Source: an uncultured Spirochaetales bacterium (GTDB lineage: Bacteria > Myxococcota_A > UBA9160 > PR03). From it: a stretch of DNA of 42,436 bases. Location of the stretch: NCBI GenBank assembly GCA_964615045.1, contig CAZTOE010000004.1, forward strand, positions 1-42,436, given 5' to 3'. Shown here one piece after another: positions 1 through 8,433 of this stretch; the first letter of the stretch is position 1; the number at the start of each line of letters is the position of its first letter. The position numbers and the translations under genes were made by a program. The notes beneath the pieces are model-generated. The model saw only the letters and a program-made list of their open reading frames with translations. It did not search any database and was not told the origin of the DNA.

Positions 1-602
1 GAGAGCGCCGGGACGTAGTCCCCGCCAGCGGAGCACCCACACAGCACCACGGAGACCAGCGGCAAGCCCCGCGCCGACAACCGCGCCTGCCGGAATAAGG
101 TGCCGCCAAAGTGATCTTTGTCGGGGAAGACCTCGTCCTGGAGCGGGAGGAAGGCTCCCCCGGAGTCCACCACGTAGAGCGTCGGAAGGGCGTTTTCCTC
201 GGCGATCTGCTGGGCGCGGACGTGTTTCTTGATGGAGGTCGGGCCGAGGCTCCCCCCCTTTACGGTGGCATCGTTCGCGATGAACATGCACGGCACGCCG
301 TGGACCAGCCCGATGCCGGTCACGATGCCGGCGGCGGGATAGCTGTCGCCGTACTGACCCCACGCCGCGAGGGTCGAAAGCTCGAGGAAGGGCGTCCCCT
401 CATCGACCACCATGTTGATGCGCTCACGCACCATCACCTTGCCGCGCTCGAGGTGACGGGCGATGGAGCGATCCCTGCCCTGGCCACCGTCGATCGCCCA
501 TTGCATCCGATCGCGCAGCGTCTCCAACGCACCGAGGGTGTGAGCGCGATTCTCCTCGTAGCGCTCCGAACCCGTGTCGATCTGCGAGCGAATCCGCCTC
601 AT
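1..602 (-). CDS. acyl-CoA carboxylase carboxyltransferase (beta) subunit, methylcrotonyl-/geranyl-/propionyl-CoA carboxylase type; N-terminal part only, gene continues past the left edge
   Basis: Absent from the ORF track because it runs off the edge. My reverse-strand translation from ATG (602..600) reads MRRIRSQIDTGSERYEENRAHTLGALETLRDRMQWAIDGG..GKVMVRERINMVVDEGTPFLELSTLAAW..GIVTGIGLVHGVPCMFIANDATVKGGS..LYVVDSGGAFLP with no stop down to position 1. This is a typical carboxyltransferase N-domain. Confidence 0.8.
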   Translation of the reverse strand, partial: MRRIRSQIDTGSERYEENRAHTLGALETLRDRMQWAIDGGQGRDRSIARHLERGKVMVRERINMVVDEGTPFLELSTLAAWGQYGDSYPAAGIVTGIGLVHGVPCMFIANDATVKGGSLGPTSIKKHVRAQQIAEENALPTLYVVDSGGAFLPLQDEVFPDKDHFGGTLFRQARLSARGLPLVSVVLCGCSAGGDYVPAL

Positions 603-611
603 CGCCCTGCC

Positions 612-671
612 TTCTCCCGTAATTTTTCCCGTAGCTTCTCCCGCAACTTCGCCCGTAGCTTCCCGCGTGCC
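612..671. repeat. imperfect 12-bp tandem repeat, 4 good copies plus 1 degenerate copy (consensus about TTCTCCCGTAGC)
   Basis: Read directly: TTCTCCCGTAAT TTTTCCCGTAGC TTCTCCCGCAAC TTCGCCCGTAGC TTCCCGCGTGCC. It starts 10 nt outside the carboxyltransferase start codon, inside the 213-nt divergent intergenic region 603..815. It explains the periodic KLREKLREKLREK and RNFSRSFSRNFARSF shadow ORFs in the track. Confidence 0.75.
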
Positions 672-815
672 CCCTTTTGATCAGCCCCGACGTCTGCTTC
701 CGAAGCCACGGAACGTACCACGCCACGAAGCCCGCAATCCGAACTATATTCCGGCCTCGCGCGTGCCGAGCCAGCTCTCGAGGGCTGTTTCCGGCCCACC
801 ATGTGAGGAGAGACC

Positions 816-2084
816 ATGCCGCCGACCGAGGACTTGCAATACGGAATCAGCGAAACGCCGTTCACGCTCCCGCCCGAGCTCGAGGAAATCAAGCAGCTCA
901 CGCGCAAGATCGTGAACGAGGAATGCATTCCTCTCGAGCAGGAGTTTCTCGCGCGCGGTCGAGAGGGGAAGGCCGGGGGCCGCCAGGCTTCGGTCGCGGG
1001 CGCGGTCGCGGGCCTCATCGACGGATCGGTCACTCGGGAACATTACGAGCGACTGGTGAAGATCTCGAAGGAAACGGGTCTCTACAATATGCACCTCCCC
1101 GTCGAACACGGCGGCGGAGGCTTCGGCGTGCTCGGAAGTTTCGTCGTCGGGGAAGAGACAAACCGTTCCCTCGTGCCGCTCCCCATGGCCGAGGTTCCCA
1201 ACATCCTGCTCGACGCCAACGCCGACCAGAAAGCGCGCTATCTCGACCCGGTGATCCGCGGGGAGAAACACGCTTGCTTCGCGCAAACGGAGCCCGGCGC
1301 AGGCTCGGATCCGGGCAACAGCATGCAGACGACGGCCGTCCGCGACGGCGACGACTGGGTGATCAACGGGACGAAGATGTACATCTCCGGCGCGGACACA
1401 TCGGACTTCGTGATGTTGCAGGCCGTGACCGACTTCGCGAAGCGCCAACGCGGCGGGATCACGATGTTTCTGATCGACATGGATACGCCGGGCATCACGA
1501 TGACGCCGATCGACGTATGGACCAGCCCGCATCGACCGCATCAGTTCTACCTCCACCTCGACAGCGTGCGAGTCCCCCACGCGAACGTGCTCGGAGAGGT
1601 GGGCAACGGTTTCCGGCTGGGTCAGCAATGGCTCGCGGTCCACGATCGACTGAGCCGCGGCATGCTGGCGGCGGGGATGCTGAGCCGCGGCCTCGAACTC
1701 GCCACGGAGTGGGCTAAGGACCGCGTCACCTTCGGGCAGCCCCTGGCCGAGCGCCAGGCGATCCAGTGGATGCTCGTCGACATTCTCATCGATCTGAAGT
1801 GCATCCGGGCACTCTCCTACGAGTGTGCAGCCCGGGCCGACCGCGGCGAAGACGTGCGAACCTACGCGGCAATCGCCAAATTGATCGGCGCCAACTGGGG
1901 CCACCGCTCCGTCGACAAGTTGATGCAGATTTTCGGCGGGTTGGGCGAGACCCTCGATATGCCCATCCCGCACTGGTACCACGTGATCCGTCACGGCCGC
2001 ATCGGCGGCGGCTCCGACGAAATGCAGCGCATGCTGATCGCGCGCGCGATCTTTTCGCGGGGCAAGGAACTCTGGGAGGCCTAG
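816..2084 (+). CDS. acyl-CoA dehydrogenase
   Basis: 422-aa ORF with ATG preceded by GAGGAGAG. ACAD signatures: CFAQTEPGAGSDPG, DDWVINGTKMYISGA, and C-terminal RIGGGSDEMQRMLIARAI. Confidence 0.9.
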   Translation: MPPTEDLQYGISETPFTLPPELEEIKQLTRKIVNEECIPLEQEFLARGREGKAGGRQASVAGAVAGLIDGSVTREHYERLVKISKETGLYNMHLPVEHGGGGFGVLGSFVVGEETNRSLVPLPMAEVPNILLDANADQKARYLDPVIRGEKHACFAQTEPGAGSDPGNSMQTTAVRDGDDWVINGTKMYISGADTSDFVMLQAVTDFAKRQRGGITMFLIDMDTPGITMTPIDVWTSPHRPHQFYLHLDSVRVPHANVLGEVGNGFRLGQQWLAVHDRLSRGMLAAGMLSRGLELATEWAKDRVTFGQPLAERQAIQWMLVDILIDLKCIRALSYECAARADRGEDVRTYAAIAKLIGANWGHRSVDKLMQIFGGLGETLDMPIPHWYHVIRHGRIGGGSDEMQRMLIARAIFSRGKELWEA

Positions 2085-2902
2085 GCGGCGAGGAGCTCGA
2101 GCAGGAGCCGGTTGACGATTTCGGGGCGCTCGTAGGCGACCCAGTGCCCCGCGCCTTCGACGGCGGTGAACCCGCGACAGTGGGGTAGGGACCGGAACAG
2201 GGCTTCCCGCTCGTGGAGGCGCGAACCCACGGTGACGTCGGCGGCACCCCAGATCCCGTAGACGGGCACTCGCATCGTCCGAAGCGCCTGCGCGAGACTG
2301 TCTCCTTGCGGAATGCGACCACTGCGGATTCGAGCGCGCCGCGTGTTCTCTACCTGGATGTCGACCGCGAGAGCATCGATGCGCCCGGGATCCCGGATCA
2401 TCATCCGGCTCAAGTTTTCGCGGTGGAGCGCGCGGAGCGCCTCTTCATCCATCCCCTCGTCGGGGCGCAGCAACGACGGCAGCTCGATCGAAAGACCGAG
2501 CGCCGTCGACCCGATCACCGTAAAGGAGCGCACGCGGGCCTCGTTGCGGAGGACGACCTGCCCGCCGAGAATCCCGCCGAAGGAGAAGCCCACCAGGTGA
2601 AACGACGTCTGCGCTCCGAGAAGCTGGTCGAGCCCGTCGGCCAGGATCGCCCCGAGTGAGGCGGGATCAAAGGACGACGGCGGCGCGTCCGATTCGCCCA
2701 TCCCGGGCAGGTCGACCGCGAGGACCTGATGCCCCTCGGCCAACGCCGGAATATTTCGAAGCCAGTGTGACCACGCCCCGAAGCTGCCGTGCATCAACAC
2801 CACGGGGACGCCGGCCCCCCAGCGACGCCAGACCACTGCACCGTGCGCATGACGCGTCTCGACCCGGCGACCCGCCCGCTCCACTTCGAGTTGTTCGGAC
2901 AC
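2081..2902 (-). CDS. alpha/beta-fold hydrolase
   Basis: 273 aa. Oxyanion-hole region VVLMHGSFGAW, nucleophile elbow GFSFGG, C-terminal GAGHW. Its stop overlaps the convergent ACAD stop (CTAG at 2081..2084). Confidence 0.8.
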   Translation of the reverse strand: MSEQLEVERAGRRVETRHAHGAVVWRRWGAGVPVVLMHGSFGAWSHWLRNIPALAEGHQVLAVDLPGMGESDAPPSSFDPASLGAILADGLDQLLGAQTSFHLVGFSFGGILGGQVVLRNEARVRSFTVIGSTALGLSIELPSLLRPDEGMDEEALRALHRENLSRMMIRDPGRIDALAVDIQVENTRRARIRSGRIPQGDSLAQALRTMRVPVYGIWGAADVTVGSRLHEREALFRSLPHCRGFTAVEGAGHWVAYERPEIVNRLLLELLAA

Positions 2903-3047
2903 CCGTTCCCCCTCGACCCCCGCTGCCGCGTCGCGCGGCGGATCCTCCCTATAGCATGACTTCGCCGCGCAGCCGTCAATGACCCTGTGCCGCCGCGACC
3001 CGCCTCGCTACGCTGTTTGACAGCGAACCTGGGGAAGGAGCGGGCCC

Positions 3048-3905
3048 ATGTCCGTCGCAAAGTCATTCCGGGTCGAGCCCCTCGATGCGACCTTCGGGGC
3101 GGTGGTGACGGGCTTGAAGCTGGCGGAAGTCGACGACGCCATCTTCGCCCAGGTCTACGACACGTGGCTCGAGTACGCGCTGCTGATTTTTCCCGCTCAG
3201 CACCTCGGCAAGGAGGCGCAGATCGCGTTCGCGAAGCGGTTTGGCGAGCTCGAGTTCGCGCTCGCGCCGATCAGCAACGTTCGGTCCGACGGCACGCTGC
3301 GCGTCGACGACGACGTCGTCAAGGTGCTGAAGGGCAACCTGGGCTGGCACTGCGACAGCACCTACATGCCCGTGCAGGCCAAAGGTGCCGTATTCACCGC
3401 CCACGTCGTCCCGTCCGCCGGCGGAGAAACCGGGTGGGCCGACATGCGCGCCGCGTACGACGCGCTCGACGACGCGATGAGGAATCGGATCGCATCGCTT
3501 TCGGCCTACCACTCGCTCTACTACAGCCAGTCGAAGATCGGACACACCCCGCAGCAAGGCGGCGAGTACCACGGCTACGGGTTCCACGGGGATGACCCGC
3601 CCTTGCGACCCCTCGTGAAAGTCCATCCCGAGACGGGACGGCCCTCGCTCGTGATCGGCCGCCACGCGTACGGCATCCCGGGCATGGAACCCGACGCGTC
3701 GGAGCGGCTGTTGCAGGACCTCGTCGACTTCGCCTGTCAACCGCCACGGGTCTACCACCACACCTGGTCCCAGGGCGACGCCGTCTTGTGGGACAACCGC
3801 TGCCTGCTTCATCGCGGGCGGCCATGGGACATGAGCGAGCCGCGGGTCATGTACCACGCGCGCATCGCCGGCGACCCGACGACCGAGTTCGCCGCCCCTG
3901 CCTGA
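3048..3905 (+). CDS. TauD/TfdA-family Fe(II)/2-oxoglutarate-dependent dioxygenase
   Basis: 285 aa, SD GGAAGGAG before the ATG. HxD iron motif in LGWHCDSTY, then GGETGWADM and the C-terminal DNRCLLHRG region typical of the family. Confidence 0.85.
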   Translation: MSVAKSFRVEPLDATFGAVVTGLKLAEVDDAIFAQVYDTWLEYALLIFPAQHLGKEAQIAFAKRFGELEFALAPISNVRSDGTLRVDDDVVKVLKGNLGWHCDSTYMPVQAKGAVFTAHVVPSAGGETGWADMRAAYDALDDAMRNRIASLSAYHSLYYSQSKIGHTPQQGGEYHGYGFHGDDPPLRPLVKVHPETGRPSLVIGRHAYGIPGMEPDASERLLQDLVDFACQPPRVYHHTWSQGDAVLWDNRCLLHRGRPWDMSEPRVMYHARIAGDPTTEFAAPA

Positions 3906-3922
3906 GTGAAGGAGTCCGTTGC

Positions 3923-4396
3923 GTGTCGCCGACCCGAGTAATCGCGCTGCTGTGCCTGGCGGCTCTCACGGCGCGCCCCGCGCCGGTGGATGCCGAGGGC
4001 TCGGGCTGCGACTGGGAGCAGTTGGACGGCCACGCTGTCGTGGAGGTGGTGACCCGGGACCCCGACGGCGATCTCCGCGTGACGAAGGTCTGGGTGGTGC
4101 GGTTGGAGGGCGACGCCTACCTCCGCACCTCCCGTTCGCGGTGGCTCGAAAATCTGCGGCGAGAGCCAGAACTGACGGTGCGCGCGGGGGGGTGCGAGTT
4201 CGCCGCCCGCGCCGAAGAGGTTCCCGGCGACGCGATCGTCGCGGCGGTCGACCGCGCGAGCCGAGACAAATACGGCTGGCAGGAGCGCTTCATCCACGCC
4301 TTTCGCTTTCGCAAACCCGACATCCTGCGCCTCCTTCCCCAGAGCGGGGCGGAGGAGGGGGCTGCGGCCCCCGATCCGACCTGGCGAGGCGGCTGA
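3923..4396 (+). CDS. secreted or lipid-anchored hypothetical protein, possibly split-barrel (DUF385 / deazaflavin-dependent nitroreductase-like) fold
   Basis: The track ORF 3788..4396 was trimmed to the in-frame GTG at 3923 (SD GAAGGAG at 3908..3914). The N-terminus VSPTRVIALLCLAALTARPAPVDA looks like a signal peptide. The region SRSRWLENLRREPELTVRAGGCEFAARAEEV resembles the W..NL.anPeV.V core of DUF385 proteins. The fold call is tentative. Confidence 0.5.
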   Translation: MSPTRVIALLCLAALTARPAPVDAEGSGCDWEQLDGHAVVEVVTRDPDGDLRVTKVWVVRLEGDAYLRTSRSRWLENLRREPELTVRAGGCEFAARAEEVPGDAIVAAVDRASRDKYGWQERFIHAFRFRKPDILRLLPQSGAEEGAAAPDPTWRGG

Positions 4397-5439
4397 TCTA
4401 GCGCGGATCCTCGACGCGCTCCTCCTCCGGATGCGCTGCGAAGATCTTTGACGTCGTGCCCGATGGCGGTGAAATCAAGACGCTCGCGGGATCCGACATT
4501 CCCGTAGGCGATGGTTCCGACGTGGCGGCCGATCTTCGGCTCGTACGGCGCGAGTCGGGGAGTAGAAGCCCGCGCGTCCCTCGCGAGGCGCTCGGCCGAC
4601 CGGAGCGCCCGGGCACTGGAAGGTACGGGGTCCGTGAGATCTGGACGCTCGGGAAACACCGCGAGGACGGCGTCTCCGATGAATTTCAGCACTTCGCCAC
4701 CTTCGGCCTCGATGCTGTCCACCGCAATATCGAAGTAACCGTCGAGCCATTCCACGACGGCCTCTGGCGACTCGCGGGAGGCGAGGGAGGTGAAGCCGCG
4801 AAGATCGCTCAGCATCATGGCGGCCCGAATCGTCCGAATCGAGCCCCGTCGGATCGCTCCGGCCAGGATCCGTTCCGCCGGACCGCGGCCGACGTAGGCG
4901 GCGAGGAGCTCCGGGTCGATGCGCCGCAATGCTTTCAGCTCAAGCACCACCGAGAAAAACGGGACGATCTCACGAAGGGCGCCGAGCTCCTCGGCCGAGA
5001 AGCCCCGCATCGCATCCGTGGCCCAGGAGGCCCCATGGATGGAGCCGTCGGAAAACGGTACGGGCGCCATGACATAGTGGGTCAGGCCCTCCGCTCGCAG
5101 CTCCTCGAACATCTCGAGCTCCACCGGGGGAGGCCGATCCAAACGAACGTCGAGCCAGCGGCTGGTGGTCCGCACGTGCTCCAGCGGACTTCCCTCGTAC
5201 CGCGGCGGGCCGCCGTGTTCGATCGGAATCTCGCGAACGCCTTGGCCGCACTTCCACAGTCGCGTGATGCCCCGGTAGCGCGGGTGAAGCGTGCCGACGT
5301 GGGACGTTGCGCGGACGACCGACACCCCCGCCTCGCGAAGTTCCTCGGCGAGGGCGGCGACCAATTCGCCCGTATCCGCCAAGGCGGGACCTTCTTGGAC
5401 CAGCCAACGCGTCAACTTCTCGATGGAGCGTGCCGGCAT
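4117..5439 (-). CDS. class III adenylate/guanylate cyclase with an unassigned N-terminal domain; catalytic domain C-terminally degenerate (possible pseudogene)
   Basis: Cyclase-domain motifs RAAMMLSDLRGFTSLA, KFIGDAVLAVF, GTIAYGNVGS..RLDFTAIGHDV. Recognisable similarity stops near 4450. The remaining roughly 110 codons (4117..4449) are Arg/Ser/Gly-rich, and 280 nt of them (4117..4396) are antisense to the 3923..4396 gene. Confidence 0.6.
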   Translation of the reverse strand: MPARSIEKLTRWLVQEGPALADTGELVAALAEELREAGVSVVRATSHVGTLHPRYRGITRLWKCGQGVREIPIEHGGPPRYEGSPLEHVRTTSRWLDVRLDRPPPVELEMFEELRAEGLTHYVMAPVPFSDGSIHGASWATDAMRGFSAEELGALREIVPFFSVVLELKALRRIDPELLAAYVGRGPAERILAGAIRRGSIRTIRAAMMLSDLRGFTSLASRESPEAVVEWLDGYFDIAVDSIEAEGGEVLKFIGDAVLAVFPERPDLTDPVPSSARALRSAERLARDARASTPRLAPYEPKIGRHVGTIAYGNVGSRERLDFTAIGHDVKDLRSASGGGARRGSALDQPPRQVGSGAAAPSSAPLWGRRRRMSGLRKRKAWMKRSCQPYLSRLARSTAATIASPGTSSARAANSHPPARTVSSGSRRRFSSHREREVRR

Positions 5440-5454
5440 CCGCGTCCCGGCTGG

Positions 5455-5955
5455 CTACGCCGCGAGACGGCGAGCGTCGCTGAGCGCCGCCCTCAGCACG
5501 AGAATGAGCGCCACGATGACGCAGACCGCGGCGGCGATGGCGGGAACGTAGGCGAGGGCGCCAAAGACATTGCCTTCCCCGAGTCGATTGGTCCCCAGCG
5601 AAAGCCCCCGGTTCGGGGCGAGATTGCCGAACAGATAGAAGGCCGCATTGCCCCAACCCGTGACAAGCAGAGAGGCAAAGACCCAGCGCTCGGCGGCCTC
5701 GCTCAAGCGCACGCGCCCGAGGGCAGCCGCGATCGCGACGATCATGAGCCCGTTCAGGATGTTGCCCAGGTGGGCGGCCCGCCAGCCGCGCTCACTCCCG
5801 GGGATCTCGACACTCCAGGCGATGGGGATGGGAGAGAGGCCGATCTCACCGAGCAGATAGAAGGTGAAGACGAACCCGCAGAGCATGCCCACCAGCATCA
5901 GGGCCGCACCGTGGGCGATCAGCAGGAGGTGTCGTCGCTCGGACTGGCGCTCCAT
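5455..5955 (-). CDS. small integral membrane protein (about 4 TM), function unknown
   Basis: The track ORF 5455..6210 was trimmed to ATG 5955 (MERQSERRHLLLIAHGAALMLVGMLCGFVF..). It has four hydrophobic stretches and ends 16 nt upstream of the cyclase start on the same strand. Confidence 0.55.
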   Translation of the reverse strand: MERQSERRHLLLIAHGAALMLVGMLCGFVFTFYLLGEIGLSPIPIAWSVEIPGSERGWRAAHLGNILNGLMIVAIAAALGRVRLSEAAERWVFASLLVTGWGNAAFYLFGNLAPNRGLSLGTNRLGEGNVFGALAYVPAIAAAVCVIVALILVLRAALSDARRLAA

Positions 5956-6041
5956 ACGATTCTCCCCGCGGCTCGGCCGCACTGTATCACGCCCGCAGCG
6001 CTCGGGACGCAACGGCCTTGGGCGGTATCCTTGCAAACGTC

Positions 6042-7145
6042 CTAGCCGAAGATCGCCTCGGGAAGCAACGCCGAGACCACGAAGTTCGGGACGTCGACCA
6101 CGTTGCTGATGCGAAGATCGACAGCGACGCTGCAGATCACGTAGGCCTGTTCGCGGGTGAAGCCGCGCTCCTGCAAAAGCTCCATCATATGGATCACAGC
6201 ATTGCGACACGCGAGAGTGAGGTTGCCATCCTCATTCTCGCCGTCGGCGGTGATCGGCATCCCCATCACACCGAGGAACCTCCGAGGCATCGCGATCTCC
6301 GGGTCGGCGAAAAACTGCTCGTGGGCAAAGACCGGTGCGCTGAACTTGCGTGCTGCGGCGAGCCCCTTGTGCACCTTGAAGCGGAGCGCCACGGTCGCGG
6401 CCATCTCAACGGCGGTCACACAGACTTCTCCGTCGCCCTGAGCAAAGTGGCCATCGCCCGTCGAGAACAGGGCGCCGTCGACGAACACTGGCAGGATGAG
6501 TCGCGATAATTGAGTGAGTTGCTTGACGTCAAAGTTGCCGCCGTTCTCCCGGGGCGGCAGCGTGCGCAACCCGCGCAGGCCGCAAGGCCCGCCGGGCACG
6601 GCCCCTGCGGCGTCAGGAGGGAAAACGGTTCCGCCCCGATCGAGGAGTCGTTGCTCGCGGTTCGTCCACTCCTCCAACTTGTCGATGGAGGGGGCGACGC
6701 CCGAGATCCCCATGAACGGCGCGCCCGGGATGCGCACGCCCGGAATCTGCTCTGAAAGCGCCCATCCGTCGGCCAGGCGCCAATGGGCGAGAAAGGGTTC
6801 CGCCATCAGATCCGACAAGAACCCGAGCCCGGGCACGATCGCGCTGAACGCAGCGGACTCCGCTTGGATCTCGAGAAACTCGACCTCTAGCGCGTCGCCG
6901 GGCTTTGCTCCTTTGACGTAGATCGGACCGGTGAGGGGGTGAATCGCCCCGGTCTGGAGGTGGGCGAGGTCCGCCGCAGTGGAGGTGGGCGCAATTTGCC
7001 CGTCGAGCGCATCCCGCGTCTCCAGCACCACTTCTTCGCCCTCGCCGACTTCCAGAACCGGCTCGATGGCGGGATGAAAGCGGTTGTGCCCCGTGTGCGG
7101 CTGCTCCGCGAGGGGTTTGCGTCGGTCGATGCGGATCGTGTGCAT
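6042..7145 (-). CDS. acetamidase/formamidase-family amidohydrolase
   Basis: Trimmed to ATG 7145 (SD GGGAGAG). MHTIRIDRRKPLAEQPHTGHNRFHP.., HPLTGPIYVKGAKPGD, ENGGNFDVKQL, STGDGHFAQGDGEVC. These are the conserved FmdA/AmdA blocks. Confidence 0.85.
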   Translation of the reverse strand: MHTIRIDRRKPLAEQPHTGHNRFHPAIEPVLEVGEGEEVVLETRDALDGQIAPTSTAADLAHLQTGAIHPLTGPIYVKGAKPGDALEVEFLEIQAESAAFSAIVPGLGFLSDLMAEPFLAHWRLADGWALSEQIPGVRIPGAPFMGISGVAPSIDKLEEWTNREQRLLDRGGTVFPPDAAGAVPGGPCGLRGLRTLPPRENGGNFDVKQLTQLSRLILPVFVDGALFSTGDGHFAQGDGEVCVTAVEMAATVALRFKVHKGLAAARKFSAPVFAHEQFFADPEIAMPRRFLGVMGMPITADGENEDGNLTLACRNAVIHMMELLQERGFTREQAYVICSVAVDLRISNVVDVPNFVVSALLPEAIFG

Positions 7146-7285
7146 GGAGCTCTCCCGATCGATCCGATGATGGGGCAGCGCACTGTCGAACCGCAAACTG
7201 CCACGCTGGGGAAGCGCCTCGCCCATCGTGGCGCGACCGGCCCTCCAAGCGTTAGAAGTCTCTCAAAACAGAGCAGGGAAACCCA

Positions 7286-8176
7286 ATGATCCCTCGTTCT
7301 CTCGCTTTGCTCGCCCTACCGCCGCTGTGGGCCGTGGTCCTCGCGGCTCCGGCGGCCGGACAAGACTTCGTGCTGGGGGACTACGTGCAGCTCGAGCCCG
7401 GCGACGAGTGGATTTTCGAGAAGAACGGTACGGAGAGCTCCACGGAAACAGTGCTTCCCGGAACCGAGACGATCGGATCGGTTCTGACGACGCGCTTTCG
7501 CGAAGTGGACTCCGATGACGATTGTCCGGATGGGGAGATTTCGAACCTGACGCTCGACGGCGCGGGGCTCTGGCGCTACCGCACCGTCGATCTTTGCGAC
7601 CAGGACACCTTCGATTTCACCTCGACCCCGTTCCCGGAGCTGCCGCCAACGGCGACCTACGATGTCCCGATCCCGTTCATGGGCACTGGAACGTTCGACT
7701 TCATCGACTCGATGGCCGGTCCCCAAAGCGTGGCGCTCACCTGGACCAACGAGCTTACCGTGAGAGCGCCAGAGCCGGTGAGTACCCCGCTCCAGGTGTT
7801 CCAAGCCGTCCGTGTCGACTCGATCCAGGAGCTCACCGGCTCGCTGGGTGGCCAGCCCCTGGTGATCGCTATCGACGCGAGCGACTGGTACGCGGCGGGG
7901 GTCGGGCCGGTGAGGCGGACGTCCATGCGCACGGTGACCCTAAACGGCTCGATCATCGACGGGGAGAGCGAGACGAACCTCCTGGTGCCCGAACCCACCA
8001 CGGTGGGGGGCGCGGCGGCGGTGCTCGCGGCGGCCGCGATGCTGTCCTGCGCCAGGCGCCAAATCCAGTCCGTCTTCGACCGGCGTCGGAGCGCCCGCCT
8101 TCCATTCTCGCGTTGCAAGAGCACCTCGGCGACAGCCAATGGCATGCGGAGGGGCGGATTCTGGCGCTGCAGCTGA
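7286..8176 (+). CDS. secreted PEP-CTERM-anchored protein with an atypical 37-aa tail after the sorting signal
   Basis: Signal peptide MIPRSLALLALPPLWAVVLAAPAAG. PEP-CTERM signal VPEPTTVGGAAAVLAAAAMLSCARRQ at 7985..8062. The ORF then continues for 37 more codons of Arg/Ser-rich sequence to 8176. Confidence 0.7.
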   Translation: MIPRSLALLALPPLWAVVLAAPAAGQDFVLGDYVQLEPGDEWIFEKNGTESSTETVLPGTETIGSVLTTRFREVDSDDDCPDGEISNLTLDGAGLWRYRTVDLCDQDTFDFTSTPFPELPPTATYDVPIPFMGTGTFDFIDSMAGPQSVALTWTNELTVRAPEPVSTPLQVFQAVRVDSIQELTGSLGGQPLVIAIDASDWYAAGVGPVRRTSMRTVTLNGSIIDGESETNLLVPEPTTVGGAAAVLAAAAMLSCARRQIQSVFDRRRSARLPFSRCKSTSATANGMRRGGFWRCS

Positions 8177-8330
8177 AACGGATCGCGAGGCTACTCGACC
8201 ACGCCAAGGCCACGGTCCCCTTTTACCGTGATCGCCTCGCGCGCCGCGGCGCTCCTCGGCTCCGGCCTCACTGCCCTCGCCAGCCTGCGTCGCAAGCAGC
8301 TCCGGCCCGAGAGCGCCTAGTGTCGGCGCC
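8080..8330 (+). pseudogene. remnant of a phenylacetate-CoA ligase / coenzyme F390 synthetase-like gene (N-terminal roughly 50 codons only)
   Basis: In the frame of track ORF 7522..8397, the stretch SILALQEHLGDSQWHAEGRILALQLKRIARLLDHAKATVPFYRDRLA (8101..8241) looks like the conserved N-terminus of PaaK/F390-synthetase-like adenylating enzymes. There is no start codon, the similarity dissolves after FYRDRLA, and no ligase body follows before the amidase gene. Confidence 0.4.
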
Positions 8331-8433
8331 GCACGGTCTGGAGGTGAACTCCTTCCTCGTCCGGCAACCGAGGGTCCTGCGCGGGACGCGGGGATGAGAT
8401 AGAACCTGGGCGCCACAGCCCGAGGTTCTACCG

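Noticed and set aside
424-1033. ORFs 424..726 - and 599..1033 - with periodic KLREKLREK-type sequence, considered as possible repeat proteins
   Set aside because: The periodicity is simply the 12-bp DNA tandem repeat at 612..671 read in frame. The rest of each ORF is shadow sequence of the carboxyltransferase and dehydrogenase genes.
744-1994. Long antisense or alternate-frame ORFs throughout the track (e.g. 744..1994 -, 4456..6045 +, 9994..11952 +, 14633..16744 -, 21073..23178 -, 23636..25039 +, 32115..33869 -, 40470..42305 -)
   Set aside because: Each lies mostly or entirely within an ORF on the other strand or frame that has clear family motifs. Their translations are Arg/Ala/Gly/Pro-rich low-complexity text, which is typical of shadow ORFs in GC-rich DNA.
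3017-3022. TTGACA hexamer upstream of the TauD-family gene, considered as a -35 element
   Set aside because: It lies only 25 nt before the ATG, and no -10-like hexamer occurs at a suitable spacing.
5455-5955. Assigning a specific family to the 4-TM protein upstream of the cyclase
   Set aside because: I had only a vague impression of similarity to small membrane-bound isomerase-type proteins and cannot substantiate it without a search, so it is left as hypothetical.
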